32,000 bases of DNA from Candidatus Methanoperedens sp. (GCA_027460535.1 JAPZAR010000007.1:120001-152000), one strand, 5' to 3'. Numbered from the stretch's first letter, positions 9,280 to 18,693 are shown. Made by a program: numbers and translations. Notes: generated by a model not told the origin, from the sequence alone.

Positions 9280-10161
9280 ATCATCTTTTTTGAAGGAAAA
9301 ACTTCCTTTCACCTTTACAGATGCGGGAAGTTCGCCAAACCTTGCTCTCAGGATCAGGTCTGCAATTTGGGCATCCAGCACCTTTGCTATACCCAGGATG
9401 GAAGTCGTGGGTCTGGGATTTACATCCACCACATATGGTCTGTCGGCAAGCACTATATCAACGCCTGCATACCCACGGCATCCCAGGGTTTTTACAGTCT
9501 TTTTTGCAACCTCAATGATCTCCCCGTTCCGGCTGCAATAATAGGGTACTATCCCGCCTTTATATGATATTTTGTGGTTGATCTCGATCAACTGTTTGTT
9601 GACAGTCAGGGGAAGCAGCGTTTTTCCGCAAATCAGGCTCACGCTCAGGTGTTCTCCCTCAATAAAGCCGGTAGCTATGTCACCTTCTTTCAAAGTACCT
9701 TCGCGGCTCCTATGGATTCCCTCGGAAGCGCAGCCGAACCTTGGCTTGATCACGTAATCCCCGCTATAGTCACCGAAGCCCAGCGTTTCAGGTACGGGTA
9801 TATTTTCAGACAGGAGCGCATTGGTGCATTCAAGCTTATCTGCGCAGAGGCGTACAGAGTCTGAAGGGCAGCCCAGGTTCACCGAGTTCTCCTCCACGAT
9901 CTCCGTAAGGTGGCCGAGGAGTTCATCGGGAGCGATTACCAGGGCAGCATCGCAATCTCTGGATATTGTCTCGATCGCCTCCTCAAATCTTTCTGCCTGG
10001 ATGGCTTTCCCTACATCAAGTCGCACACCCGCTGTCGGATAGATCACTTCATGCCCGCAGGAGGCAAAGCTCCCGGCAAGCACTCCGAGCATGGCACGCC
10101 CTTCGAGCATGAATTCAGGAACTCCTGCTCCAATAGCGTACTCGGCGACCATTATTTTCAT
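9262..10161 (-). CDS. ATP-grasp ligase, possibly MfnD-type (tyramine-glutamate ligase of methanofuran synthesis)
   Basis: 299 aa. An N-terminal Rossmann-like part is followed by an ATP-grasp-like core (YVIKPRFGCASEGI..., GYAGVDIVL...PYVVDVNPRPTTS). Substrate assignment is speculative. The 3' end overlaps the convergent gene 8257-9279 by 18 nt. Confidence 0.6.
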   Translation of the reverse strand: MKIMVAEYAIGAGVPEFMLEGRAMLGVLAGSFASCGHEVIYPTAGVRLDVGKAIQAERFEEAIETISRDCDAALVIAPDELLGHLTEIVEENSVNLGCPSDSVRLCADKLECTNALLSENIPVPETLGFGDYSGDYVIKPRFGCASEGIHRSREGTLKEGDIATGFIEGEHLSVSLICGKTLLPLTVNKQLIEINHKISYKGGIVPYYCSRNGEIIEVAKKTVKTLGCRGYAGVDIVLADRPYVVDVNPRPTTSILGIAKVLDAQIADLILRARFGELPASVKVKGSFSFKKDDLAVLY

Positions 10162-10215
10162 GGGTTTATGCTTTCCTGCAATATTATTTATAGGTTTGTA
10201 ACATAATTATTAACT

Positions 10216-10488
10216 ATGTTCGACGTGGATACGTTCAAAAAGGCATATCCGGAATTTTTCAGCTCCCCCGTAACTGGCGAGGATATAGTGAAATGGTTCC
10301 TTGTTTTCATCCTTCCATTCTTGTTAGCATATCTTTACATAAGATATTTCGAGAGCAGGGGAAGTTCATTTCTCAGGGACAGGGTGGTTCCATTTATCAG
10401 GTTCAGGCTGAGGCTGGATAAAGCCATTGAATTTATTAAGCGCATCCTTAGAATACAGATATTCAGGGGCACGAGAACGAGATTTTAG
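10216..10488 (+). CDS. Hypothetical small membrane protein
   Basis: 90 aa ORF with one hydrophobic segment (WFLVFILPFLLAYLYI). No recognisable family. It could be non-coding. Confidence 0.3.
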   Translation: MFDVDTFKKAYPEFFSSPVTGEDIVKWFLVFILPFLLAYLYIRYFESRGSSFLRDRVVPFIRFRLRLDKAIEFIKRILRIQIFRGTRTRF

Positions 10489-10540
10489 GTTAAAGCTTCC
10501 CGGGATGCAGCTCCTGGCATAAAAAGATGATGAGGGAGAC

Positions 10541-10742
10541 ATGCTTTTCATAGAAGAAAATGAAGGGATACTGGTGCAGCCAAGGAAAAAAAGGACGTTG
10601 AAAGATATAATCGGGCTGGCAAAAGCACAAGGAGATGGTGTCGAGTCCAAAAAGCAGGTCCAGAAGGGACTTAAATGATATTCGCGGACTCTTCGTATTT
10701 TATCGAGCGGCACTCCAGAGACAATTTCCAAAACATGCAGCC
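10541..10742 (+). pseudogene. Decayed vapBC-like remnant: AbrB/SpoVT-type antitoxin C-terminal fragment plus the first ~20 codons of a PIN toxin
   Basis: The 45-aa ORF at 10541-10678 reads MLFIEENEGILVQPRKKRTLKDIIGLAK.... In-frame upstream codons read KDDEGD, preceded by a TAA stop. Together this looks like the second half of an AbrB-type swapped-hairpin antitoxin. Its TGA overlaps an ATG (ATGA at 10675-10678) that opens MIFADSSYFIERHSRDN, a typical PIN N-terminus. Similarity is lost where the convergent vapC gene ends (10743). Confidence 0.35.
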
Positions 10743-11165
10743 TCAAAGATTCTTAAGTTCTTCCTGCGGCGTTGCTACCTCGATACATTCCTTTGCCCTA
10801 TCGGTCTGCTGTTTGTCGAGGCTGATTAATTTTGCACTGAATATAAAAGCAACAGCTACATAGATTGCATCGCATCCTCTAAGCCTGTACTCTGCCGCAA
10901 GTCTTGAAGATTCGTCGGCAAGCTCCCGATCTATGGGAACAAATACAATGTTCGGGATTTGTTTTAGCTCTTTTACAAACTCCAGCGCCTTTTCTGGGTC
11001 ATCTGTACCCCTTGCTATTGCAGAAGATATCTCAGGCAAGACAATTTCCGGAACTATGACTGTAATTCCCCGCTTTCTGATGTTTTGCATGAGCCTCGCG
11101 CTGTACTCATGAAATTGTTCGCTTTCTATCTCAGAGTTTATAAAGACACTGGCATCTAGTACATA
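10743..11165 (-). CDS. vapC: PIN-domain ribonuclease toxin (VapC-like), start codon unresolved
   Basis: The ORF track starts at the ATG at 11090. The same frame stays open up to the antitoxin stop and reads YVLDASVFINSEIESEQFHEYSARL. This supplies the first conserved PIN Asp (LDAS). The remaining acidic residues lie in PEIVLPEISS, GCDAIYVAVA and LISLDKQ. Confidence 0.7.
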   Translation of the reverse strand, partial: YVLDASVFINSEIESEQFHEYSARLMQNIRKRGITVIVPEIVLPEISSAIARGTDDPEKALEFVKELKQIPNIVFVPIDRELADESSRLAAEYRLRGCDAIYVAVAFIFSAKLISLDKQQTDRAKECIEVATPQEELKNL

Positions 11166-11378
11166 TTATCTTCTTGCTTCAGATATTAGCTGCCAACTCG
11201 GTTTTTTGCTTTTCCATTCTCTGGTTATTTCCCTGCCAACAGCATGCAGCCTGTCCCATGCTTTTGGGTTTTTTTTCTCCATTTTTGCACCAAGCATCCT
11301 GCGCATAGCGTTCAGCTCTGTTTCCAGGGTATCTATGCGGCTTTTGAGAGTCTGTATAGAATCTTCCATTTCTTGCAC
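11166..11378 (-). CDS. Small coiled-coil antitoxin-like protein upstream of vapC
   Basis: 70 aa, directly abutting the PIN gene. It is a helical, charged protein ending in SWQLISEARR, which resembles the C-terminal tail seen in archaeal VapB-type partners (recalled pattern). The call rests mainly on gene context. Confidence 0.55.
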   Translation of the reverse strand: MQEMEDSIQTLKSRIDTLETELNAMRRMLGAKMEKKNPKAWDRLHAVGREITREWKSKKPSWQLISEARR

Positions 11379-11578
11379 CTGAATTATAATATTGTAAATG
11401 ATTTAGACAATATAAAATAGTTACTCCATTACATTACGCATGATTCTAATCTGCTGGCAGGCGCGCCGGGCATTGCTCAGGCAAGGGGGCGAGGTGGAGA
11501 GGATGCGGGCAGGATATAAATTAGGATAGAAAAGCAACCTTTTAATCCCAAACCGCCAATTATCCATAAGAGATTCAC

Positions 11579-14170
11579 ATGCCCATTCGATTCGACAGAT
11601 TCACCATCAAAGCCCAGGAAGCATTCCAGGACGCACAGAATATAGCCCTTGAAAGAGGCCAGCAGCAGCTTGATGTTGAGCACCTTTTACTTGCGCTCAT
11701 CAACCAGAAAGAGGGCTTGACACTGCAACTTCTGCAAAAACTCGGTGCTAATGTTGCAGGGATAACCTCCCAGCTTGAAGACGAAATCGATAAGCTCCCG
11801 CGTGTGGAAGGCGCAGGCGCCGGTCAGATATACATGTCAACAAGATTGAATAATGTCGCAGAAGCCGCTTTTAATGAAATGAAGAACCTTCGCGATGAAT
11901 ACCTGAGCACTGAACATCTCCTGCTTGCAATTGCTAATGAGAAAAATGGTATTTCGGCGCGCATACTGAAAGAGAACGGAGTATCAAAGGACGCTCTCAT
12001 GAAAGCCCTGAAGGAAGTAAGAGGTTCATCCCGGGTTACTGACCAGAACCCTGAAGAGAAATACGAGGCGCTCAAAAAATATGGTCGCGACCTCACAGAC
12101 ATGGCTGCGCGCGGCAAGCTTGACCCTGTGATAGGGCGTGACAACGAGATACGCAGGGTGCTCCAGGTGCTCTCGAGAAGGACAAAGAACAACCCTGTGC
12201 TCATCGGGGAACCGGGGGTCGGGAAAACCGCAATAGCCGAAGGCTTGGCGCTCCGGATATTTGCTGGAGATGTTCCTGAGAATATCAAGGACAAAAGAGT
12301 GGTTGCCCTCGATTTGGGCGCGCTTGTGGCCGGCACCAAGTTCAGGGGTGAGTTCGAGGAGCGCCTGAAGGCCGTGATAAAAGAGGTTCAAGATTCGGAA
12401 GGCAAGGTCATTCTTTTCATAGATGAGCTACACACCGTAGTGGGCGCTGGAGCGGCGGAAGGTGCTATCGACGCCTCCAACTTACTCAAGCCCGCCCTTG
12501 CCAGAGGGGAACTGCGCTGCATTGGTGCAACCACGCTGAATGAATACCGAAAATACATCGAAAAGGATGCTGCGCTTGAGAGGCGGTTCCAGCCAATACT
12601 TGTGGGAGAACCCACTGTCGATGAAACGATATCCATCCTGCGTGGGCTCAAGGAAAAATACGAAGTGCATCACGGCGTGCGGATACAGGATGCCGCGCTC
12701 ATCGCAGCCGCAATCCTGTCCCAACGCTACATTACAGACAGGTTCCTGCCCGATAAGGCCATCGATCTTATCGATGAGGCTGCATCGAAGCTCCGGATAG
12801 AGATAGACAGCATGCCTGCAGAACTCGATGACATCGAGAGGAAGATAAGACAGCTTGAGATAGAGCGCCAGGCGGTGAAGAAGGAAAAAGACGAATATTC
12901 AAAGGAACGCCTCGAAAAGATAGATAAAGAGCTCTCAGACCTGAAAGAGAGAAGCAGCCAGATGAAAGCCCACTGGCAGCTTGAGAAAGATTCCATCCAG
13001 AAAATAAGGAAGATAAAGGAGGATATCGAGAGAACGCGCATGGATTCTGAAAAAGCGGAACTTGAGGGCAATCTTGAGAAGGCATCCGAGCTTCGCTATG
13101 GCGTTCTGATAAACCTGCAAAAACAGCTTGAGGAGGAAAACAGGAAACTCGTAGAGCTCCAGAAAGACCAGAAGATGCTCAAGGAAGAAGTGGATGAAGA
13201 GGATATCGCCGAGGTCGTCTCACGATGGACGCACATACCTGTGAGCAGGATGCTCGAGGGTGAGATGCAGAAACTGGTCCACATGGAGGAACGAATAAAG
13301 CAGCGGGTGGTGGGGCAGGATGAAGCCGTCATTGCTGTGGCTAACGCTGTCAGGAGAGGCCGCGCAGGCATATCGGACCCCAAGCGGCCAATAGGCTCGT
13401 TCATGTTCCTGGGCCCCACGGGCGTGGGCAAGACTGAACTTGGGCGCGCGCTTGCGGAGTTCCTGTTCGATGACGAGGCTGCCATGATCCGGCTGGATAT
13501 GAGCGAGTACATGGAAAAGCACACTGTTGCAAGGCTCATAGGCGCTCCACCTGGCTATGTGGGTTATGAAGAGGGCGGCCAGCTAACTGAGGCTGTGAGA
13601 CGGCGTCCGTACGCCGTCATTCTTTTCGATGAGATCGAGAAGGCGCATCCCGATGTGTTCAACCTGTTACTCCAGATACTGGACGACGGCAGGCTTACGG
13701 ACGGACACGGGCGCACGGTTGATTTCAAGAACACTGTTATCATCATGACATCCAACATCGGTAGCCAGTGGATATTCGAACTCGGGGACAAGGAGGATGA
13801 AATGAGGGAGAAAGTGATGGAGATGGTTCACCGGCAGTTCAAACCCGAGTTCCTGAATCGCCTGGATGAGATAATTATTTTCAATTCATTAAAGCTCCCG
13901 CAGATCACGAAGATCGTGGATATCCAGTTCAGGATATTAAGCAAGCGTCTTTCTGAAAGGAAGATCACCATTTCTCTTAGCGAAAAAGCCAGGGATTTCA
14001 TAGCAAAGGCAGGTTACGACCCGCTCTATGGGGCAAGACCTATAAAACGTACCATCCAGCACAGGATCCTTGATCCGCTTGCACTGAAGATACTCAATAA
14101 GGAGTTCGCGGAGGGGGATGCCGTGAAAGTGGATGTGAAAAGGGATGAGATCCTGTTTTCGAAAATCTAG
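11579..14170 (+). CDS. clpB: ClpB/Hsp104-type AAA+ disaggregase
   Basis: 863 aa. It has a Clp N-domain and two AAA+ modules with Walker A motifs [10 protein letters not shown] and [11 protein letters not shown] long coiled-coil middle domain lies between them. The C-terminal region reads [10 protein letters not shown]. Confidence 0.95.
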   Translation: MPIRFDRFTIKAQEAFQDAQNIALERGQQQLDVEHLLLALINQKEGLTLQLLQKLGANVAGITSQLEDEIDKLPRVEGAGAGQIYMSTRLNNVAEAAFNEMKNLRDEYLSTEHLLLAIANEKNGISARILKENGVSKDALMKALKEVRGSSRVTDQNPEEKYEALKKYGRDLTDMAARGKLDPVIGRDNEIRRVLQVLSRRTKNNPVLIGEPGVGKTAIAEGLALRIFAGDVPENIKDKRVVALDLGALVAGTKFRGEFEERLKAVIKEVQDSEGKVILFIDELHTVVGAGAAEGAIDASNLLKPALARGELRCIGATTLNEYRKYIEKDAALERRFQPILVGEPTVDETISILRGLKEKYEVHHGVRIQDAALIAAAILSQRYITDRFLPDKAIDLIDEAASKLRIEIDSMPAELDDIERKIRQLEIERQAVKKEKDEYSKERLEKIDKELSDLKERSSQMKAHWQLEKDSIQKIRKIKEDIERTRMDSEKAELEGNLEKASELRYGVLINLQKQLEEENRKLVELQKDQKMLKEEVDEEDIAEVVSRWTHIPVSRMLEGEMQKLVHMEERIKQRVVGQDEAVIAVANAVRRGRAGISDPKRPIGSFMFLGPTGVGKTELGRALAEFLFDDEAAMIRLDMSEYMEKHTVARLIGAPPGYVGYEEGGQLTEAVRRRPYAVILFDEIEKAHPDVFNLLLQILDDGRLTDGHGRTVDFKNTVIIMTSNIGSQWIFELGDKEDEMREKVMEMVHRQFKPEFLNRLDEIIIFNSLKLPQITKIVDIQFRILSKRLSERKITISLSEKARDFIAKAGYDPLYGARPIKRTIQHRILDPLALKILNKEFAEGDAVKVDVKRDEILFSKI

Positions 14171-14228
14171 GGCTCCATTGTCGAATATTTGAATTGATTT
14201 TTCAAAAAGGGAAAGGATTGAGTATTGT

Positions 14229-14684
14229 TCACTCAATCTTCAGAGGTTTCATCTTCTTTATCTCGGTCTTGGGCATCTTTATTTCAAGAACCCCGTTCTT
14301 GTATGAAGCTTTGGAATTATCGGTATCCACAGGCGACGGAAGGGATATTGCACGGTAATAACTTCCGCTGCGCCTTTCCCTGTAAACATACCCCTTTTCC
14401 TCCTTTTTCTCTTCATGCTGTGTCTCTGCGGATATCTCAAGCCTGTCCTCGGTAAGGTTGATCTTTATGTCCTGTTTTTCAAGCCCCGGCATTTCGGCCG
14501 TTGCAACAATTTCCTTGTCGGTTTCCATGACATCGATGAAGGGCTGCCTGGATTCAGCCGGCACAATCTCGCCTTTTTCACCCGAAGGAAGCATGAGCCG
14601 CCTGCTGGGTCTTCCCCAGAAATCCTCAAACATCCGGTTCATCATTTCTTCGAATCTTCTGAAATCATCCCATTGATCTGCCAT
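14229..14684 (-). CDS. hsp20: Small heat shock protein (Hsp20/alpha-crystallin family)
   Basis: 151 aa. The alpha-crystallin core includes DVMETDKEIVATAEMPGLEKQDIKINL, FYRAISLP and ASYKNGVLEIKMPK. It is convergent with clpB. Confidence 0.9.
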   Translation of the reverse strand: MADQWDDFRRFEEMMNRMFEDFWGRPSRRLMLPSGEKGEIVPAESRQPFIDVMETDKEIVATAEMPGLEKQDIKINLTEDRLEISAETQHEEKKEEKGYVYRERRSGSYYRAISLPSPVDTDNSKASYKNGVLEIKMPKTEIKKMKPLKIE

Positions 14685-14780
14685 AACTAACTACCTCCAA
14701 TTTTAATTTTGTCGTATCTAATATTAAAACCTACCTCACAAAACCACAGATTTATTTTAACCGGAGCGTATCTGGTATCA

Positions 14781-15566
14781 ATGAAAAAGATCCTTTTGAC
14801 TAACGATGACGGAGTGTATTCCACAGGACTCAAAGCGGCTTACGAAAGTGTGCGCGATCTGGGAGAAGTTACGGTCGTGGCGCCATCCACGCAAAAAAGC
14901 GGCGTGGGAAGAGGCATATCAATCTTCGAACCATTACGCGTATCGCTTGCGAACGTAAATGGCTTCAGGGCGTATGCAGTGGCAGGGACTCCAACGGATT
15001 CGGTCATCCTGGGATTGTTCTCCATAATGAAACAGCATCCCGACCTTGTGCTTTCCGGCTTCAACGTAGGTGAGAACATAAGCACTGACACGGTTACTAC
15101 AAGCGGGACGATCGGCGCCGCACTTGAAGCCGCGAGCTACGGCATTCCAGCACTCGCTGCATCCATACAGGTTCTGGATGAAGGAGATAAGTTCGATGAC
15201 CACCGGGGTTATATTTATGATTTCGATGTGGGAATAAAGATAGTTAACAAGATCGCTGGAAATGTGATGGATAAAGGGCTTCCTGCCGGGGTTGACCTGC
15301 TGAATATCAATATACCCAGACACGCCACAATGGATACCGAGATCGAGATAACCAGGCTTGCGAGGAAGATATTCGTTACAGGAGTAGAGGAGCGATTTGA
15401 TCCAAGGGGCAGGCCATATTATTGGATAAACGGGGAATTGATCCGGGATGCCGAGGAGGGGACAGACGTCAAGGCTGTAATGAAAAAAGGGCATATTTCC
15501 ATAACTCCGCTGTCGCTTGATTCGACTGCAAGGGTTGATTTTAAAGAGATCGATGCGTTGTTGTAA
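14781..15566 (+). CDS. surE: 5'/3'-nucleotidase SurE
   Basis: The sequence MKKILLTNDDGVYSTGL... is the canonical SurE N-terminus, and SGFNVGENIS is the conserved loop. The ORF-track start at 14709 is a TTG that adds 24 non-conserved residues, so the ATG at 14781 is preferred. Confidence 0.9.
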   Translation: MKKILLTNDDGVYSTGLKAAYESVRDLGEVTVVAPSTQKSGVGRGISIFEPLRVSLANVNGFRAYAVAGTPTDSVILGLFSIMKQHPDLVLSGFNVGENISTDTVTTSGTIGAALEAASYGIPALAASIQVLDEGDKFDDHRGYIYDFDVGIKIVNKIAGNVMDKGLPAGVDLLNINIPRHATMDTEIEITRLARKIFVTGVEERFDPRGRPYYWINGELIRDAEEGTDVKAVMKKGHISITPLSLDSTARVDFKEIDALL

Positions 15567-15617
15567 GTGAGGGAATAATTTTAATATCACTAAAGGTATT
15601 ATGAACCTGGGAAAACA

Positions 15618-16076
15618 ATGATTTTAAATTTTCAGCTTACTCATGTTGAATCCAAAGTCTTTTCGAGCACTGAGGATATTCGAAAATATAAGAATATCAA
15701 TATAAATTACGATGTAAATCTCAAAAATCCTTCATTGGCGTCGGAGCATACCCCTTTCGGAGATAAATCCGTACTGAGGATTGAGTATACATTCGCCATC
15801 AATTACCTGAGCCCCAATATAGGGCATATAAGATTTGAGGGTTCATCTGATTATTACAGCGAAGAAGACCTCAAGGGTTTAAAAGAAAAATGGGATTCCG
15901 GGAATGCACCTGGGGATATCCAGAACGAGATAGCAAATACCATGGTGGCGAACCTTGCTCCCCTTGCATTAATGCTGTCAAAAGCCCTGGGACTTCCACC
16001 CTCAATGCCCGTTCCTGTCATCAACTTCCAGCAGGCTCAGAAGAAAAAAGAAGAGCCGACATATTATCACGGATAG
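15618..16076 (+). CDS. Hypothetical protein, possibly SecB-like chaperone fold
   Basis: 152 aa. The layout, and a C-terminal segment (IANTMVANLAPLALMLSKALGLPPSMPVPVINFQQ), parallel the LFPYARE...GFP.L.L.PVNF region of bacterial SecB. This is pattern resemblance only. Confidence 0.4.
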   Translation: MILNFQLTHVESKVFSSTEDIRKYKNININYDVNLKNPSLASEHTPFGDKSVLRIEYTFAINYLSPNIGHIRFEGSSDYYSEEDLKGLKEKWDSGNAPGDIQNEIANTMVANLAPLALMLSKALGLPPSMPVPVINFQQAQKKKEEPTYYHG

Positions 16077-16244
16077 CGTCTTTGAGACTGCTTTCATTGG
16101 TTCGATAATTTTCTTAAATTGCTGATTCCCATTGTGTAATACACATATCTTTATTTATAAAGTTGACCGGCAGCATCTTGCCTGTTGCTGAGTTAGATTT
16201 ATATACTATCACAACTATGGTCAGCTTCCCCAACGAGAGAAAAA

Positions 16245-17582
16245 ATGTCTGAATATACTTTGTTCTTAGGCTGCATCATCCCGGCGCGTTTTCCTTTCAT
16301 GGAAAAATCAACGAGGCTGGTTTTGTCAAAGCTTGGATGCGTTCTCCATGACCTTCCAGGTGCAACATGCTGCCCTACAAAAAGCATCATCAAACCCATA
16401 GGCGATCTTGCCTGGTATGTAACGGCGGCGAGGAACCTCGCTCTGGCGGAGAATACAGGGCATAATCTTCTGGTACCCTGCAACGGATGTTACAGTACAT
16501 TAAAATCGGTCGAGGTTGAACTTCGGATAGATCTGCATCTTCGGGAGCAGGTGAACAATATACTTTCATCAGCCGGTCTTGAATACAGGGGAACCATTGA
16601 AGTAAAGCACCTGGTCGAAGTGCTGCATGATGAGATCGGGATACCCAAGATAAAGCAGCAGATTATCAAGCCCTTTGACGGCATGAAAATAGCAGCCCAT
16701 CCGGGATGCCACATGCTGCGTCCAAGTTCATCAATATTTTTCGATGACCCAAATAAACCCAAAAAATTCGATGCACTGATAGAAGCTCTCGGGGCAAAAA
16801 GCATCGACTATGAGACAAAGATGCTCTGCTGCGGCGGCAACCTGAACACCGCGGATGAGCCTGATGAAGCCACGGCCCTGGCACGCATGAAGCTGCTTGA
16901 GGTCACTAAAAAGGCCGATGCAATATCGCTCACCTGCCCGTCATGTTTTATGCAATTCGACTCGCGCCAGTATCTCATGCAAAAAAGCGGTGAAAAGCTG
17001 AATCTTCCAATCATATATTATCCCGAACTACTGGGTCTCGCCATGGGTTTCACAACAGAAGAGCTTGGAATGGATATGCACAGGATAGATGCAGCGGAAT
17101 TCCTGTCGAAGTGGGATTCGAAGTACAATTATCTCAAGACTCTGCGAGAGGTTTTTGACCTGCCGGCTCTCAGGAAATGTTACGAGTGCGGAGCATGTGT
17201 TAATGACTGCCCCGTTGTTAAGATAAATCCTGAATTCAATCCCAATGAAATAATAGGGAGGCTGCTCTCAGGCGAGCTTGAGGCAGTAATAGAATCCCAC
17301 AATATATGGCGGTGTGTTGATTGTTATACCTGTTATGAACTCTGCCCGCAGAAAATGGGCATGAACAAGATATTTGATAAGCTGAAACATATTGCCCTTG
17401 AAAGAGGAAAAGAACCCAAGGGCTTTGCTGCCAGCATAGAGATGTTCAAGAAAGAAGGGAGATTGGGCGAACCGACATCCGTGCGAAAGAAACTGAAACT
17501 TCCCGAGCCCCCAAAGAGCGGGGGAGAGGAATTAAAAAAATTATTGCTAATAATACAACAAGGAGAAGAAAATGAAGCATGA
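16245..17582 (+). CDS. Heterodisulfide-reductase-like fusion: two CCG (HdrB-type) domains followed by a 2x[4Fe-4S] (HdrC-type) domain
   Basis: Counted in the translation: C-x31-CC-x35-CxxC (LGC...ATCC...PCNGC) and C-x39-CC-x34-CxxC (PGC...MLCCGG...CPSC). Two CxxCxxCxxxCP motifs follow (CYECGACVNDCP, CVDCYTCYELCP). The 3' end overlaps the next gene by 11 nt. Confidence 0.8.
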   Translation: MSEYTLFLGCIIPARFPFMEKSTRLVLSKLGCVLHDLPGATCCPTKSIIKPIGDLAWYVTAARNLALAENTGHNLLVPCNGCYSTLKSVEVELRIDLHLREQVNNILSSAGLEYRGTIEVKHLVEVLHDEIGIPKIKQQIIKPFDGMKIAAHPGCHMLRPSSSIFFDDPNKPKKFDALIEALGAKSIDYETKMLCCGGNLNTADEPDEATALARMKLLEVTKKADAISLTCPSCFMQFDSRQYLMQKSGEKLNLPIIYYPELLGLAMGFTTEELGMDMHRIDAAEFLSKWDSKYNYLKTLREVFDLPALRKCYECGACVNDCPVVKINPEFNPNEIIGRLLSGELEAVIESHNIWRCVDCYTCYELCPQKMGMNKIFDKLKHIALERGKEPKGFAASIEMFKKEGRLGEPTSVRKKLKLPEPPKSGGEELKKLLLIIQQGEENEA

Positions 17583-18693
17583 TGTGATGAATCCGGAGAT
17601 AACCAATCCATCTGGACGGGTTCATCAAAGAATACCATCCGGATGTGCGATTTCCGGAATGATGAGTGAGCAGGGCAGACGCATTGACGGCAGGGTGGTA
17701 ATCAGATCCATCGCCTGCATGCATGACCGCTCAAACGGGCTTGGAGGAGGCTTTGCTGCCTATGGTATTTATCCGAAACGAAAAGACATGTATGCTTTTC
17801 ACATGATGTATGATAATATTGAAGCAAAAGAGGCCACGGAAGAGTTCTTCAAGGATGTTTTCAATGTGGACAAGGATGAAGCCATACCCACACAAAGGGA
17901 GAACGGAGTATCGAATCCTCCCATGCTCTGGAGATATTTCCTTGAAGTCCCTGAAAATAAACTCGAATTTCTCTCCGAGCGGGATTATGTCATGAAAACC
18001 GTGATGAAAATTAATTCAGATGTCGAGGGAGCTTTTGTTGCCTCAAGCGGCAAGAACATGGGCGCATTCAAAGGCGTCGGGTACCCAGAAGACATAGGCA
18101 GGTTCTATAAATTAGAGGATTACAGCGCATACATCTGGACAGCACACGGAAGATTCCCCACGAACACACCGGGCTGGTGGGGCGGCGCCCATCCATTTAC
18201 ACTTCTTGACTGGTCCGTGGTGCACAACGGCGAGATATCTTCGTATGGAATAAACAAGCGGTACCTTGAAATGTTCGGGTACAAACTTGAACTCCGGACG
18301 GATACTGAGGTTATTGCATATTTGTTTGATCTTCTCGTCAGAAGGCATAAGCTCCAGCCATCCTGGGCCGTAATGGCACTTGCCTCTCCTTTCTGGAAGG
18401 ATATAGACAGAATGGAACCTGAAAAAAAGAAAATAGCCACCCTGATAAGGCAGGTGTATGGAAGTACGCTTCTAAATGGCCCGTTCAGCATTATCATAGG
18501 GCACAACAGGGGAATGATAGGTTTGAACGACAGGATAAAGCTCCGTCCCATGACAGCAGCCCGCAAGGATGATATGCTGTACATGGCATCCGAAGAATCG
18601 GCAATCAGGGAGATATCGCCGGACCTTGATGAAGTGTGGAGCCCGAAAGCAGGGACTGCCGTAGTGGGTAACCTGAATGAAGAGGTGGAATAA
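17572..18693 (+). CDS. Class II (Ntn) glutamine amidotransferase, archaeal split glutamate synthase domain-1 protein
   Basis: 373 aa. It has a CAISGMM nucleophile-type motif after a 24-residue leader, an HGRFPTNT motif and an HNGEISSYG motif, all typical of GltB-type/PurF-type amidotransferase domains. It is coupled to both neighbouring genes by overlaps. Confidence 0.8.
   Translation: MKHDVMNPEITNPSGRVHQRIPSGCAISGMMSEQGRRIDGRVVIRSIACMHDRSNGLGGGFAAYGIYPKRKDMYAFHMMYDNIEAKEATEEFFKDVFNVDKDEAIPTQRENGVSNPPMLWRYFLEVPENKLEFLSERDYVMKTVMKINSDVEGAFVASSGKNMGAFKGVGYPEDIGRFYKLEDYSAYIWTAHGRFPTNTPGWWGGAHPFTLLDWSVVHNGEISSYGINKRYLEMFGYKLELRTDTEVIAYLFDLLVRRHKLQPSWAVMALASPFWKDIDRMEPEKKKIATLIRQVYGSTLLNGPFSIIIGHNRGMIGLNDRIKLRPMTAARKDDMLYMASEESAIREISPDLDEVWSPKAGTAVVGNLNEEVE

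Noticed and set aside
10366-10746. 126-aa minus-strand ORF across the 10.4-10.7 kb spacer
   Set aside because: It has no recognisable motifs. It overlaps the plus-strand vapBC-like remnant, which has much better family resemblance. It is likely a chance ORF in decaying sequence.
11461-11578. Possible heat-shock promoter upstream of clpB (GATATAAATTA at 11513-11523; CCTTTTAATCC at 11538-11548)
   Set aside because: Two equally plausible TATA-like strings are present, and I recognise no regulator motif. It cannot be resolved without transcription start data, so it is not reported as a feature.
14709-14780. Extended TTG start for surE given in the ORF track (and similarly TTG at 31674 for the fixC-like stub, GTG at 26514 for hsdS)
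   Set aside because: The extensions add non-conserved residues ahead of canonical family N-termini (MKKILLTNDDG; MSEKFDVIIVG), or run into the repeat element in the case of hsdS. Downstream ATGs are the more plausible starts.
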